A DNA stretch of 64,000 nt from Natronomonas sp. (GTDB taxonomy: Archaea > Halobacteriota > Halobacteria > Halobacteriales > Haloarculaceae), in the NCBI GenBank assembly GCA_046545615.1, contig JBKGZK010000003.1:10184-74183 (forward strand), read 5' to 3'. The position numbers and the translations under genes are program-made. The notes under the pieces are model-generated. The model saw only the letters and a program-made list of their open reading frames with translations. It was not told the origin of the DNA and did not search any database. Positions 10,865-21,543 of this stretch are shown one piece after another (the stretch's first letter is position 1; every line of letters starts with the position of its first letter).

Positions 10865-11926
10865 ATGAGTGACGAATCCGACGAGGTCGAAGAGACCGAG
10901 ACGGCAGCCGACGAGGAACCGACCGAGGACGTCGACGCGCCGACCGAGGAACTCGAATCCGAGGACGAGGCGGGGGACACGGAGGACGCCGGACGAGCTG
11001 ACGCCTCGGATACCACCGACGAAAATGAAGAGGCCGAAGGTCTCCAGGATGGCGAGTTCATTCGTATCGGCTACACCGCCCGGACCGTCGACGGCGAACA
11101 ACTCGTCGACACGACCGACGAGGAGGTAGCCGAGGAGGAGGGCGTCGCGGACCGGGGAACCTTCGAACCGCGAACGATCGTGATCGGTGAGGGCCACCTC
11201 TTCGGAGCCGTCGAAGACGACATCCGTGGAAAGGAGGTCGGCGACACGGGCAGCGTCGTCGTCCCCGCCGTGGAAGCGTTCGGCGAATACGACGAGGAGC
11301 AGGTCCAGACCGTTTCTGCGGATAAAATCGACGAAGACGACCGCTTCCCGGGTGCCCAGATCCAAATCGACGGCCAGCAGGGGGTCCTCGAGACCATCAT
11401 CGGTGGCCGAGCCCGGGTCGACTTCAACCATCCGTTGGCGGGCGAAGACGTCGAGTATGAATACGAGATACTCGATACCGTCGAGGACGACCTTGAGCGT
11501 GCGGAAGGACTCCTGGACATGTTCCTCGACGTCGATCTCGAGATGTGGATCGACACCGACGAAGTCGAGGAGACCACGATCGAAGAGCCCGACGAAGATG
11601 ACGAGGAGGCGGAGCCCGAGACCGTGACCGAAACCGTCGAAAAACGGACGCTCTACGTCGAGGCGACCCCGGAGCTTTCGATGAACCAACAGTGGATGTT
11701 CCAGAAACAGCAGATCGCACAGCAGATCATCGACCTCGTCGACATTGACCGCATCCTGATCCAGGAGGTCCTCGAGGGAACCGGCGGCATGGGTATGCCG
11801 GGAATGATGGGTGGCATGGGTGGTGCCGGTGGCGAGGGCGATATCGACGTCGAAGAACTCCTCGAAGAAGCCGACGTGGATGCCGAGGAAATCGCCGACG
11901 AGATCGAAGGCGACCTCGAAGAGTAA
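10865..11926 (+). CDS. Long-type FKBP peptidyl-prolyl cis-trans isomerase
   Basis: IGYTAR...VDTT, EAFGEYD, VDFNHPLAG; acidic N- and C-terminal tails. Confidence 0.92.
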   Translation: MSDESDEVEETETAADEEPTEDVDAPTEELESEDEAGDTEDAGRADASDTTDENEEAEGLQDGEFIRIGYTARTVDGEQLVDTTDEEVAEEEGVADRGTFEPRTIVIGEGHLFGAVEDDIRGKEVGDTGSVVVPAVEAFGEYDEEQVQTVSADKIDEDDRFPGAQIQIDGQQGVLETIIGGRARVDFNHPLAGEDVEYEYEILDTVEDDLERAEGLLDMFLDVDLEMWIDTDEVEETTIEEPDEDDEEAEPETVTETVEKRTLYVEATPELSMNQQWMFQKQQIAQQIIDLVDIDRILIQEVLEGTGGMGMPGMMGGMGGAGGEGDIDVEELLEEADVDAEEIADEIEGDLEE

Positions 11927-12033
11927 GTCGGCGACGATCCACGCAGGGTTCGGAACCAGTTTTTCAGCAGTCGATCCGAGGTCGACGGCCAGCCGTCGGA
12001 ACCATAAAGCGTTCGGCGATCCGTAATTCGCTC

Positions 12034-14142
12034 ATGGAGACACGGGTGCGGCTCACCGTTCGAGCCGCCGAAAAGCGCGATGCCGGGCGAGGCGTCGCAC
12101 GCCTCCCGGACGAGCCTAGGCGGGAGCTCGGCGTACTCAGCGGCGAGACCATCGTCATCGAGGGGGACCAGCCCACCGTCGCCACGGTCTGGCCCTCGAA
12201 CGACGACGACCAGACGATTCGGATCGACGCGGACACCCGAAGCAACGCCGGCATAACGGTCGGCGAATCCGTCACCGTCCGCCCCGTCACAATCGACGAT
12301 GCCACTGCCGTCGTGCTCGCGCTTCCTGTCGAGGCCGACGAGTCCCTCATCGACTCCGTCAGGCGCGAACTTCAGAACCGCCCTGTGAGCGAGGGAGATA
12401 GCGTTCGGCTCGAACCGCCGGGAGTTCGAGCGACCATCACCGAAACGTCACCCGATGGTACTGTCCGTGTGACCGAACGGACTCGCATTCAGGTCCGAGA
12501 ACAACCCGAACAAGGTCCCCAGGAAGGATCGACCGACACCGCCTCGTCTTCCACGGTCGAGCCCGCGAGCACGGAGGGGCTTTCGCCCGAGGCGACCTAC
12601 GAGGATATCGGCGGACTCGACGACGAACTCGATCAGATACGGGAGATGATCGAACTCCCGTTGTCCGAACCAGCCCTGTTTCGACGACTTGGGATCGACC
12701 CACCATCCGGGGTGCTTCTGTATGGCCCACCGGGCACTGGCAAGACGCTTATCGCCGAAGCCGTTGCCAACGAAGTGGACGCCCACTTCGAGGTCATCGA
12801 CGGTCCGGAAATCGTCTCGAAGTACAAAGGCGAAAGCGAAGAAGCACTTCGGGCGACGTTCGACCGGGCGGTCGAGAACGCGCCCGCGATCGTCTTTATC
12901 GACGAAATCGACTCGATCGCCGGCACCAGAGACGAAGACGCCGACATGGAGAATCGCGTCGTCGCCCAGCTTTTGACGCTCATGGACGGCCTCGAATCTC
13001 GCGGTCGTGTTATCGTCATCGGGGCCACGAATCGCGTCGACGTCATCGATCCGGCGCTACGGCGTGGTGGACGCTTCGACCGCGAAATCGAGATCGGCCC
13101 GCCAGACGTCGACGGTCGCCGGGAAATACTCGAGGTCCACGTCCGGGGGATGCCCCTCGCCGAAGACGTCGACCTCGAGTACATTGCAAACCGCACGCAC
13201 GGTTTCGTCGGTGCCGACATCCACCAACTCGTCACCGAGGCCGCGATGTGTGCACTCAGGGAACGAGAGGACCGAGAGGAGTTGCTCGTGACCAGGGCGG
13301 ACTTCGAGTCCGCCCTCGCTGCGGTCGACCCCTCGGCTATGCGCGAATACGTCGCCGAAACGCCACACATCACCTTCGACGACGTCGGCGGCCTAGAGGA
13401 AGCAAAGGAGATCCTCACGGAAGCGGTCGAATGGCCCCTGGCCTACGGGCCGCTATTCGAGGCGACGAACACCGATCCGCCAGCAGGCATCCTCCTGTAT
13501 GGACCCCCAGGAACGGGAAAGACGCTCCTCGCAAGGGCGCTAGCCGGCGAAAGCGACGTCAACTTCGTAAGCGTCGCCGGGCCGGAACTCCTCGACAAGT
13601 ACGTCGGCGAGAGCGAAAAGGCCGTCCGGGAGGTGTTCGATCGTGCCCGACAGGCCGCCCCGGCGATCCTCTTTTTCGACGAAATCGACGCCATCGCGAG
13701 CGTTCGCGGAGAGTCGAGCGACACCGCAGAACGAGTCGTCTCACAGTTTCTGACCGAACTCGGCGGGCTCGCCGACGATCCGAACCTCGTGGTCCTCGCT
13801 GCGACGAACCGACGCGAGGCGCTCGATCCCGCGTTGCTCCGTCCCGGACGGCTGGAGGTCCACGTCGAGGTTCCCCAACCCGACGAGGCTGCCCGACTCG
13901 AGATCCTTCGCGTCCACGCGCGAGGAAAGCCGCTTGAGGACGACGTCGACCTCGAAGAACTCGCGGCGAAAACGGCGGGATTCTCGGGCGCGCAGCTCGA
14001 ATCCGTTCTTCGGACGGCCTCGATGCGCGCCATCCGAGAGCTCGCCGACGAGATCGATCCGGAATCGGCTGCCGAGCGGGCACACGAAATTTCGATCACG
14101 CGTGCCCACATCGAGGAGGCGCTCGAACGCGTGCGGGAGTGA
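12034..14142 (+). CDS. cdc48: CDC48/VCP-family AAA+ ATPase
   Basis: N-domain KRDAGRGVARL; two AAA modules (GPPGTGKT x2, FIDEID/FFDEID, DPALRRGGRFD, DPALLRPGR). Confidence 0.93.
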   Translation: METRVRLTVRAAEKRDAGRGVARLPDEPRRELGVLSGETIVIEGDQPTVATVWPSNDDDQTIRIDADTRSNAGITVGESVTVRPVTIDDATAVVLALPVEADESLIDSVRRELQNRPVSEGDSVRLEPPGVRATITETSPDGTVRVTERTRIQVREQPEQGPQEGSTDTASSSTVEPASTEGLSPEATYEDIGGLDDELDQIREMIELPLSEPALFRRLGIDPPSGVLLYGPPGTGKTLIAEAVANEVDAHFEVIDGPEIVSKYKGESEEALRATFDRAVENAPAIVFIDEIDSIAGTRDEDADMENRVVAQLLTLMDGLESRGRVIVIGATNRVDVIDPALRRGGRFDREIEIGPPDVDGRREILEVHVRGMPLAEDVDLEYIANRTHGFVGADIHQLVTEAAMCALREREDREELLVTRADFESALAAVDPSAMREYVAETPHITFDDVGGLEEAKEILTEAVEWPLAYGPLFEATNTDPPAGILLYGPPGTGKTLLARALAGESDVNFVSVAGPELLDKYVGESEKAVREVFDRARQAAPAILFFDEIDAIASVRGESSDTAERVVSQFLTELGGLADDPNLVVLAATNRREALDPALLRPGRLEVHVEVPQPDEAARLEILRVHARGKPLEDDVDLEELAAKTAGFSGAQLESVLRTASMRAIRELADEIDPESAAERAHEISITRAHIEEALERVRE

Positions 14143-14181
14143 GCCGAACGCTATCACTCACCGACGTTGTCGGGGAGATAA

Positions 14182-14265
14182 CGGTGAGGATGGGATTTGA
14201 ACCCATGAGTCCTCTCGGACACCTGCTCTCAAGGCAGGCGCGTTAGGCCGCTCTGCCACCTCACC
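14182..14265 (-). tRNA. tRNA-Ser (anticodon TGA)
   Basis: Minus strand GGTGAGG...CCTGC CT TGA GA GCAGG, long variable arm, GGTTCAAATCC, CCTCACC G; CCA not encoded. Confidence 0.93.
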
Positions 14266-14377
14266 GCATCCTGACGTAATCGGCGCGCGGTCCTAAGCGT
14301 TGTCGATCATCGGCGGATCGGACGTCCCGCTCATCGTGAGTCGAACGAACGTATCACCGACGGATCGAACGGACGCC

Positions 14378-15115
14378 TCACCGGTGGATCGAAAGACCGT
14401 CGTCGGTCGCCTCCACGCGAAGATTCGCGTCCTCGATCCACTCCGCGAGGTAGTCGGGCACCAGTCGGTCGGCCCGGCGTCTGGCACGGAGCAGACTCAC
14501 CGCATCCGCCAGGTCCGTCCCGGTTCCGATCACCGGCTTGCGATCGAGAAAATCCACGTCGAGTCCGGCATCGAGCGACCGATCGACGAGGGTTTCGATC
14601 GTCGGGGGAGCGAAAGCTTCTGCGAAGTCGACCGGTTCGGTAAAGCCCGCATAATAAATGCGGCCACCCGGTGCCGGCCCGAGCACGACCTCGCTACTGC
14701 GGAGTTTCATCGCCGCGCCGTCGACGTCGGTTCGGGCGAGAAAAGCCGCTGACGGATCGACGATTGCGACCGAGCCCACACCCTCGGTTTCGAGGAGATG
14801 TGTCGCCGTGTTTCCCGCGCGGGCGGCACGAGTTTCGCCGACCTGGACCTCGTATCGAGTATCCTTCGGAACGACGTCCTCGAGTATCTCTCGGACGGCC
14901 GCTTCGGCCGCCTCGTCGTCCAGCCCGGCCGACGGTATCGTCCCGTAATTGACGAGTAGCTCCCCACCACTGTCGAGGGCGGCGGAAACGACGTCCCTTG
15001 AACAAGCCACATAGAGGTCCAACGCGTCGTCAGGAGACAGCGGCGACGTTTCGACAAGGCGCGTCATGACGTGCCCGGATCGAGGTGGATCGACGAGAAC
15101 CGCAACCGTTGTCAT
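14378..15115 (-). CDS. DUF2064-like (GT-A fold-like) protein
   Basis: PPRSGHVMTRL...LY..., VVLGPAPGGRIYYAGF resembles the DUF2064 VLGPA-DGGYY motif. Confidence 0.65.
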   Translation of the reverse strand: MTTVAVLVDPPRSGHVMTRLVETSPLSPDDALDLYVACSRDVVSAALDSGGELLVNYGTIPSAGLDDEAAEAAVREILEDVVPKDTRYEVQVGETRAARAGNTATHLLETEGVGSVAIVDPSAAFLARTDVDGAAMKLRSSEVVLGPAPGGRIYYAGFTEPVDFAEAFAPPTIETLVDRSLDAGLDVDFLDRKPVIGTGTDLADAVSLLRARRRADRLVPDYLAEWIEDANLRVEATDDGLSIHR

Positions 15116-15174
15116 ATTGAATGTTGGGGTGCCGTTGCCTTGAACTTTATATTCCTGCCGGCGGCAGGTCAGGT

Positions 15175-15393
15175 ATGGAGTGGACGAAACCTCTCGCCGC
15201 GATACTCGTCGCCCTGATAGTCCTGCTCGTGATCGGTGCGGTTGTCGAACTCGTTCTTTTCACCCTCGCCGATCCACAGCGCAACATCGCCTCCGCCATT
15301 ACGCTGGCGCTGGTCGTCGTAGTCGTCGCCGGGCTGGTCGGCGTCGGCGCTCGTAGCAGGCGTTGGCTGGCAAATCCCGACGACTACTGGTAG
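15175..15393 (+). CDS. Small two-TM membrane protein
   Basis: MEWTKPLAAILVALIVLL...; two hydrophobic stretches; C-terminal NPDDYW; upstream TTTATA box. Confidence 0.7.
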   Translation: MEWTKPLAAILVALIVLLVIGAVVELVLFTLADPQRNIASAITLALVVVVVAGLVGVGARSRRWLANPDDYW

Positions 15394-15398
15394 GACGG

Positions 15399-16082
15399 TC
15401 AGCGGGGTTGAGCGAGCGCGATCGTCACCGGCCACCCGAATCCAAGACGAACCTCGTCTGTCGTGTCGATCTCGAAGTCGGCCGCCGACAGGGTCGTCTC
15501 CACGTCGATTGGGCGACACCCGAACGCGTCCCCACCAGGAACGCTCCTGTAGAACCACTCGTACAGTCGGAGGAATCGAGACCGGGGATACCGTTCCCGA
15601 TCCATACTAACGACACAGAGTCGACCGTCCCTCGAAAGCACCCGATCGATTTCTTCGAGGACGGTCCTCGCGTCCCGGTCGTCGAACAGGTCGAGCGTTT
15701 CCGAAAGGAGGACCGCGTCGATCGATCCGGTCCGAACCGGGAGGATTCGGGCATCGCCCTCGACGACTACCGTCCGATCGCCAAGGTCGGAACGGCTCGC
15801 CCGGCGTCTGGTTTCCCGGACCATCCCGGGTGCCACGTCGAGACCGATCGCCACCCCCTCGTGGCCGACGGCGTCGCCGAGTTCGAGAACTCCACCGCCG
15901 GCCCCACAGCCGACGTCAAACGCGGTTTCGCCACGCTGGATCGAGAGGAGTTCGATCGCCCGCGTACGCGTGGGTCGGGACAGTCGTTCGAGGGTCGCTC
16001 CATACACTCGAGCGATTCGACTGTAGACCGATCGGATCGTCGAATCGGACGCGGTGCGAGGGAGTACACCGGTCTCTGGCAT
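15399..16082 (-). CDS. Class I SAM-dependent methyltransferase (UbiE-like)
   Basis: FDVGCGAG, GLDVAPGM, GDARILP, EIDRVL. Confidence 0.85.
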   Translation of the reverse strand: MPETGVLPRTASDSTIRSVYSRIARVYGATLERLSRPTRTRAIELLSIQRGETAFDVGCGAGGGVLELGDAVGHEGVAIGLDVAPGMVRETRRRASRSDLGDRTVVVEGDARILPVRTGSIDAVLLSETLDLFDDRDARTVLEEIDRVLSRDGRLCVVSMDRERYPRSRFLRLYEWFYRSVPGGDAFGCRPIDVETTLSAADFEIDTTDEVRLGFGWPVTIALAQPR

Positions 16083-16142
16083 TAGCCGCCTCGAACTCGT
16101 ACTTCGGGGACTCGGCCCCGGAGGGGCGGTGGAGTCATTGCG

Positions 16143-17336
16143 TCACGCGGAATCCTCGTCGTCCGGTCGCTCCGGGTGATAATCAGTGTCGTACTCCCCC
16201 GGCCGGTCGTCGAGACGATCGGGGTTGAGGCGACCGCCCAGTAGCATGAAGTCGATCACGATCAGGTAACACATCGCCTCCACAACCGGGACACCTCGAG
16301 GTGGAAGAACCGGGTCGTGTCGACCGATGACCTGCTCGTCGGTGTGTTCGCCGGTTTCCCAGTCGACCGTCGTCTGGGTTTTCGGAATAGAGGTGGGGGC
16401 ATGGAGCGTCACTTCGCCGTAAATCGGAAGCCCCGTCGTGATTCCGCCCTGCAGGCCACCGTGGTCGTTTTCGACGGGCACAGGATCACCCGACTCAGCC
16501 ACCACGTCGGAGCGTTCGCCCTTGAAGAAGGTCCACTCGTCGTTGCGTGCAGATCCGGTGTACGTTCGGGCCTCGCGGCCGAGTCCGAACTCGAATGCCG
16601 TCGTCGCCGGCACCGCCATCATCGCCGCGCCGAGTCGTGACTCGAACGCGTCGAATCGCGGAGCGCCGAGACCACGCGGAACGCCGCGGATCTCGAAGTA
16701 GATCGACCCCCCGATGGAGTCGCCCTCCTCCTGGTAGGTTTCGATGCGTTCGCGCATCCGCTCTGCCGTCTCCGGGTGGGCACATCGAACCTCGTTTGCT
16801 TCGGCGTGTTCGAGCATCTCCTCGAAGGAGACCTCGGGAGCCTCAACGTCGCCGATCTGGTTGACGTGGGCCTTGACCTGAACGTCGTACTCGGACTGCT
16901 CGAGGACTGCTTTGGCGACCGCGCCTGCCGCGACCCAGTTTACGGTTTCGCGAGCCGAGGATCGCCCGCCGCCGCCCCAGTTCCGCGTCCCAAACTTGGC
17001 GGAATACGTGAAATCGCCATGGCTAGGACGCGGTGCCGTGATGAACGGCTCGTACTTGCCCGATCTGGCGTCCTTGTTCTGAATGACCATCCCGATCGGG
17101 GTGCCAGTGGTGTACCCGTCCTGGAGCCCCGACTTGATCCGAACCTCGTCGGGTTCGCCCCGGGAGGTCGTGATCATCGACTGGCCGGGCTTTCGGCGGT
17201 CGAGATCGACTTGAATCGTCTCCTCGTCGAGTTCAACGCCGGCCGGACAGCCGGAGAGGGTCAGCCCCATTGCCTCGCCGTGGCTCTCGCCGAACGTCGA
17301 CATCCGAAACAGCCGACCGAAGCGGTTCCCGTTCAT
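16143..17336 (-). CDS. aroC: Chorismate synthase
   Basis: TFGESHG, RRKPGQS, PRPSHGD, GGGRSSARET, GRHDP. Confidence 0.97.
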   Translation of the reverse strand: MNGNRFGRLFRMSTFGESHGEAMGLTLSGCPAGVELDEETIQVDLDRRKPGQSMITTSRGEPDEVRIKSGLQDGYTTGTPIGMVIQNKDARSGKYEPFITAPRPSHGDFTYSAKFGTRNWGGGGRSSARETVNWVAAGAVAKAVLEQSEYDVQVKAHVNQIGDVEAPEVSFEEMLEHAEANEVRCAHPETAERMRERIETYQEEGDSIGGSIYFEIRGVPRGLGAPRFDAFESRLGAAMMAVPATTAFEFGLGREARTYTGSARNDEWTFFKGERSDVVAESGDPVPVENDHGGLQGGITTGLPIYGEVTLHAPTSIPKTQTTVDWETGEHTDEQVIGRHDPVLPPRGVPVVEAMCYLIVIDFMLLGGRLNPDRLDDRPGEYDTDYHPERPDDEDSA

Positions 17337-17474
17337 TACCACTGCTTCGGATCGCTCCCGGTTTATCTGCTGCGGTGACGGTCGGCGACCGACGATAAGC
17401 CCGACGTACCGTTCTCGTGGCGTCGTTCCGACGGGCTTATGCACGTTGATCCGCTATCCGTGGAGGGTTTGAAG

Positions 17475-18530
17475 ATGCCATACGATACCGGGTTGTCTTA
17501 CGACGACGTCCTGTGCGTGCCTCAGCGGTCTCCCGTCGACACCCGCTCGAATGTGGACCTGTCGACAGAGCTGGCGCCGGGTATTGAGCTAGAACTGCCC
17601 ATATTGAGCGCCGCGATGGACACCGTAACCGAAACGGAAATGGCCCGGACGCTTTCGGCCCACGGTGGCCTCGGTGTTATCCACCGGTTCCTTCCGATCG
17701 ACGATCAGGCAACGATGGTCCGCGAGGTTCGAACGTCGGACAATCGGGCGGCTGCCGCGGTCGGAATCGCGGAAGATTACCACGATCGAGCGGACGCGCT
17801 AGTCGAGGCGGGCGTCGAGATGGTCGTGGTCGACGTCGCCCACGGGCACATGGAACGAACGATCGACGCGGTCACCGACCTGGCCGAGACGTTTCCCGAA
17901 ACACCGCTGTGCGCCGGCAACATCGCGACGCGTGAAGGCGTCGCAGATCTCGACGCAGCTGGTGCAGACTGCGTGAAAATCGGCGTGGGACCCGGCTCGC
18001 ACTGCACCACGCGGGAAGTGACCGGATTCGGCGTTCCCCAGTTCACTGCCGTCCGACGCTGTGCGGACGAAGCGCGCGAACGGGGCGTCACCACGATCGC
18101 CGACGGTGGCATACGGACGTCGGGCGACGCGGTCAAAGCATTACTCGTCGGAGCCGATGCCGTCATGATGGGTGGATACTTCGCCGGTGCTGACGAATCG
18201 CCGGCCCCGCTCGTGGAAGTCGACGGTCAGCTCTACAAGCGGTCTCGAGGGATGTCGACCGCTGCGGCCGCCGAGGACCGCGACGACAAGGACGAATCCG
18301 TCGCCGCGGACGAGGGCGTCGAGGCGCTCTCGGAATATCAGGGACCCGTCACCTCGCTCGTCCAGGAGTTCGCCGCCGGGATGCGGTCGGGGATGAGCTA
18401 CGCAGGGGCGACGACCCTCGAAACCGCTCGGGCAAACGCGGAGTTCATTCGTATCGAAAGCGGCGTCAGGGAACGAAACAGCGCCCACGGCGTTCGTCCC
18501 ATCGAGAGCCAGGGCGAACGATCTGGCTGA
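17475..18530 (+). CDS. IMPDH/GMP reductase family protein lacking CBS domains (probably GMP reductase)
   Basis: SAAMDTVTE, GGLGVIHR, VDVAHGH, GVGPGSHCTTR, IADGGI, RGM, EGV. Confidence 0.88.
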   Translation: MPYDTGLSYDDVLCVPQRSPVDTRSNVDLSTELAPGIELELPILSAAMDTVTETEMARTLSAHGGLGVIHRFLPIDDQATMVREVRTSDNRAAAAVGIAEDYHDRADALVEAGVEMVVVDVAHGHMERTIDAVTDLAETFPETPLCAGNIATREGVADLDAAGADCVKIGVGPGSHCTTREVTGFGVPQFTAVRRCADEARERGVTTIADGGIRTSGDAVKALLVGADAVMMGGYFAGADESPAPLVEVDGQLYKRSRGMSTAAAAEDRDDKDESVAADEGVEALSEYQGPVTSLVQEFAAGMRSGMSYAGATTLETARANAEFIRIESGVRERNSAHGVRPIESQGERSG

Positions 18531-18596
18531 CCCTCACCTGGATTTCCGTATCCTGGCCGGGAAAGGCCTATACGCGATCGGTCGGAGTCGGAAGAT

Positions 18597-20699
18597 ATGT
18601 CGACCGTCTTCGATCCCGACTCCATCGCCGTAATCGGTGCCTCCGACGATCCGGATCGAATCGCCGGGAGGCCGATCGAATTCCTCGAAACCCACGGCTA
18701 CCCCGGAGGCATATATCCCGTCAATCCGAACCACGACGAAATAGCCGGATTCGACTGTTATCCTAACGTCGGCTCGATCCCGACGTCGGTGGAGTTCGCG
18801 ATGGTGATCCTTCCGGCGCGTCTCGTCGTCGACGTAGTCGAAGAATGCATCGACGCAGGCGTCGACACCGTGCTCGTGGTGAGTTCGGGGTTTGCCGAAA
18901 CTGGCACGGACGCGGCCCGCGAGGCCGAAGCCCGACTCGCCACCCTGGCCGAGGAAAGCGAGACGACGATTATCGGGCCAAACAGCCAGGGTATGATCGA
19001 CTTCCCCGCCCGGGCGACCGCAAGTTTCACGCCGGCACTCAAACGGGAGGAGCTCCTGACCGGTCCGGTCAGCTTCGTCTCACAGAGCGGTGCGTTTGGC
19101 GGTGCCCTGACCACGCTGTTGCAGGAGGCCGGCGTCGGATTCGACAAGTGGATCTCGACCGGCAACGAGGCGGCGATGGGATCGCTCGATTTGATTTCTG
19201 AACTCGCCACCATTGACACGACCGAGATGGTCGCTGGATACGTCGAGGGGTTCGAGGACGGTCGGAAACTCGTCGAAATCAGGCGGACCGCAACCGGAAT
19301 CGACCTCCCCATCGTGGTGTTGAAATCTGGCCGATCCGAGCGGGGGAAGGTGGCTGCCGCCTCCCATACGGGGAAAATCGCAGGAGAACACGCCATATAC
19401 GAGGACATCTTCAAGGAAACCGGCGTCATTGGCGTCGATGACATCGACCACTTCGTCGACGTGGTGACCGCGCTTTCCCGTCTCGAAACCGAGCCAGGAC
19501 CCAGACTCGGCGTGGTGACCACCTCCGGGGGTGCCGGCATCCACATCGCAGACGTGGTCGCGTCCGAACCGGTCATCCACTTGCCCGAGCTGTCCGGCGA
19601 TGTTCGAACGCAACTTGACGAGCACGTGCCCTCGTACGGGGCGACGTTCAATCCAGTGGACGTGACGGCACAGGTCGTCAACTCGCCCGACCGGTTCCGG
19701 GCGTGCCTCGAGTTACTGCTTGATTCCGACGAGATAGACACGGTCGTCTTTCAGAGTACCAACGCGAGTGGAGAGCGGGCGCTCGGATACGCCGAGACGG
19801 TCGCATCGATCGCTGCGGACCGTGACACCCCACTGCTTGTCGTCTGGACCGGCGGAATCCGGAAAGATACAGCCCTCGACGTCTACGAAACGGCCGGGAT
19901 ACCGGTGTTCGAGAACCCGGCCCGGTGCATCAAGACGATCGCATCGATCGTGCAGTACGTCGAGTCACACGACCGACTCGACGCAACCACCCACCTACCG
20001 GCCCGACCACCGACTGACGACGGCGATGATGCGCCGGAACTTCTTCCGGAACCCGCCGCCAAGTCGCTACTGGCCGACTACGGGCTTGCAGTCCCCGAAT
20101 CCCGACTCGCAACATCGGTCGAGGCCGCGACCGAGGGGGCTGAGTCCTTGGGATACCCGGTCGTCGCAAAACTCGTGTCGCCTGACGTCGTCCACCGGAA
20201 TCAAATCGACGGCGTTCGCCTCGATTTGGCGCGTCCAGCCGCCGTGGAATCGGCCGTCGAGGATTTCCGTTCGATTGCAACGGATCGCGACCTCGAACTT
20301 GCGGGTATTTCCATCCAGGAGTACCTCGAGGGGGACCTCGAACTCGGGATGGGACTCGTTACGGACACAGACTTCGGCCCCGTGATCATGCTCGGTCGGG
20401 GTGGCGTCGACATCGAGCGGAATTCTGACGCCGCATTCAGGACGATACCACTCGGTCGGCCACACGCCGAATCGATGGTTTCAGGCCTCAAAACGATCGA
20501 CGGAGACGAACTGACCGAATCGGCCCGAGAATCCGTTGTCGAGAGCCTCTTGGCGCTCTCGGATGCGTACGTGGCGAATCCCTGGATTCGAGCGGTCGAC
20601 GTCAACCCACTCGTCCTGATCGACGACCGGGCTGTGGCTCTCGACGCGCTCATCATCGGACCCGAGCCGAGGGATGGAACCGTCGAAGGCGGTCAGTAG
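18597..20699 (+). CDS. Acetate/acyl--CoA ligase (ADP-forming), alpha-beta fusion
   Basis: CoA-binding AVIGAS...YPVNP, GPNSQG, SQSGA, ASHTG phospho-His, C-terminal ATP-grasp (GYPVVAK, DVNPL). Confidence 0.9.
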   Translation: MSTVFDPDSIAVIGASDDPDRIAGRPIEFLETHGYPGGIYPVNPNHDEIAGFDCYPNVGSIPTSVEFAMVILPARLVVDVVEECIDAGVDTVLVVSSGFAETGTDAAREAEARLATLAEESETTIIGPNSQGMIDFPARATASFTPALKREELLTGPVSFVSQSGAFGGALTTLLQEAGVGFDKWISTGNEAAMGSLDLISELATIDTTEMVAGYVEGFEDGRKLVEIRRTATGIDLPIVVLKSGRSERGKVAAASHTGKIAGEHAIYEDIFKETGVIGVDDIDHFVDVVTALSRLETEPGPRLGVVTTSGGAGIHIADVVASEPVIHLPELSGDVRTQLDEHVPSYGATFNPVDVTAQVVNSPDRFRACLELLLDSDEIDTVVFQSTNASGERALGYAETVASIAADRDTPLLVVWTGGIRKDTALDVYETAGIPVFENPARCIKTIASIVQYVESHDRLDATTHLPARPPTDDGDDAPELLPEPAAKSLLADYGLAVPESRLATSVEAATEGAESLGYPVVAKLVSPDVVHRNQIDGVRLDLARPAAVESAVEDFRSIATDRDLELAGISIQEYLEGDLELGMGLVTDTDFGPVIMLGRGGVDIERNSDAAFRTIPLGRPHAESMVSGLKTIDGDELTESARESVVESLLALSDAYVANPWIRAVDVNPLVLIDDRAVALDALIIGPEPRDGTVEGGQ

Positions 20700-21478
20700 T
20701 TTCGATCGTACGCCGGATCTCGATCCTCTCGAAGCGCACTCACGGCCTCCGTGTGTTCGGGGTCCATTCGCGCCACCCACTGGGCCTCGATGGCAGCCTG
20801 GGCGTACTCTTCGTAGCTTTGGGTTGCATCGATGAGCTCCTTGCTCCGTTGCATCGCCACCGCGGGTTTTTCACGAAGGTCGACAGCGAGTTCGCGGGCA
20901 GCGTCGCGAGAGGATCCGGATTCGACGACCTCGACCACGAGGCCCAGATCTTCGGCTGCGGACGGTGTAATGTCCTTGCCGGTCAGCACGTACTCTTTCG
21001 CCTTCGCCTCCCCGACGAGGCGGGGCAGCAGCCAGCCGCCACCGTCGCCGGGGACGAGACCGATGTTGACGAACTGCTCGCGTAGGTACGCGTCCTTCTC
21101 CATGATCCGGAGATCACAGGCGAGCGCGAAGTCACACCCTGCACCGAGCGCTGGACCGTTCACGGCCGCGATTGTCGGCTTGGGGCCGTGATACAGGTGC
21201 CTGACCACGTCCTGGACCTTCCAGAGACGGGTGGCGTCCTCGAGCCGACTCCGATCGCGACCGCCCATCCCACCCACGTCTGCACCGCTACAGAATCCTC
21301 TCCCGGCACCGGTGAGCAACAGTACGTACACGTCGTCATCCGCCTGGGCGTCCGCGAGGGCCGTTACGAGTTCGTCGATCATGTCGGCGTGAAACGCGTT
21401 CAGCACGTCCGGTCGATCGAGAACGATTTCGGCGATACCTTCTGTCGCGTCGTAGCCGATGTGCTCGTAGGCGTCCAT
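20693..21478 (-). CDS. Enoyl-CoA hydratase/isomerase (crotonase) family
   Basis: LTGAGRGFCSGAD, KPTIAAVNGPALGAG, ALACDLR, IGLVPGDGG. Confidence 0.92.
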   Translation of the reverse strand: MDAYEHIGYDATEGIAEIVLDRPDVLNAFHADMIDELVTALADAQADDDVYVLLLTGAGRGFCSGADVGGMGGRDRSRLEDATRLWKVQDVVRHLYHGPKPTIAAVNGPALGAGCDFALACDLRIMEKDAYLREQFVNIGLVPGDGGGWLLPRLVGEAKAKEYVLTGKDITPSAAEDLGLVVEVVESGSSRDAARELAVDLREKPAVAMQRSKELIDATQSYEEYAQAAIEAQWVARMDPEHTEAVSALREDRDPAYDRNY

Positions 21479-21543
21479 CGAATGAGGTGACCGACACCGG
21501 AACCAAATAGTTTTGCGTGACGCGATCGGGCGGTTCTTCGCCC

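Noticed and set aside
10211-11689. 492-aa ORF suggesting a CYTH fusion
   Set aside because: The N-terminal part is the antisense of the FKBP gene; the real start is MYEVELK at 10759
11785-11835. GGMGMPGMMGGMGG low-complexity tract and acidic tails in FKBP
   Set aside because: Common in haloarchaeal chaperones; not unusual
14182-14265. tRNA-Ser or tRNA-Arg as island attachment sites
   Set aside because: No direct duplication of either tRNA 3' end and no integrase found in the window
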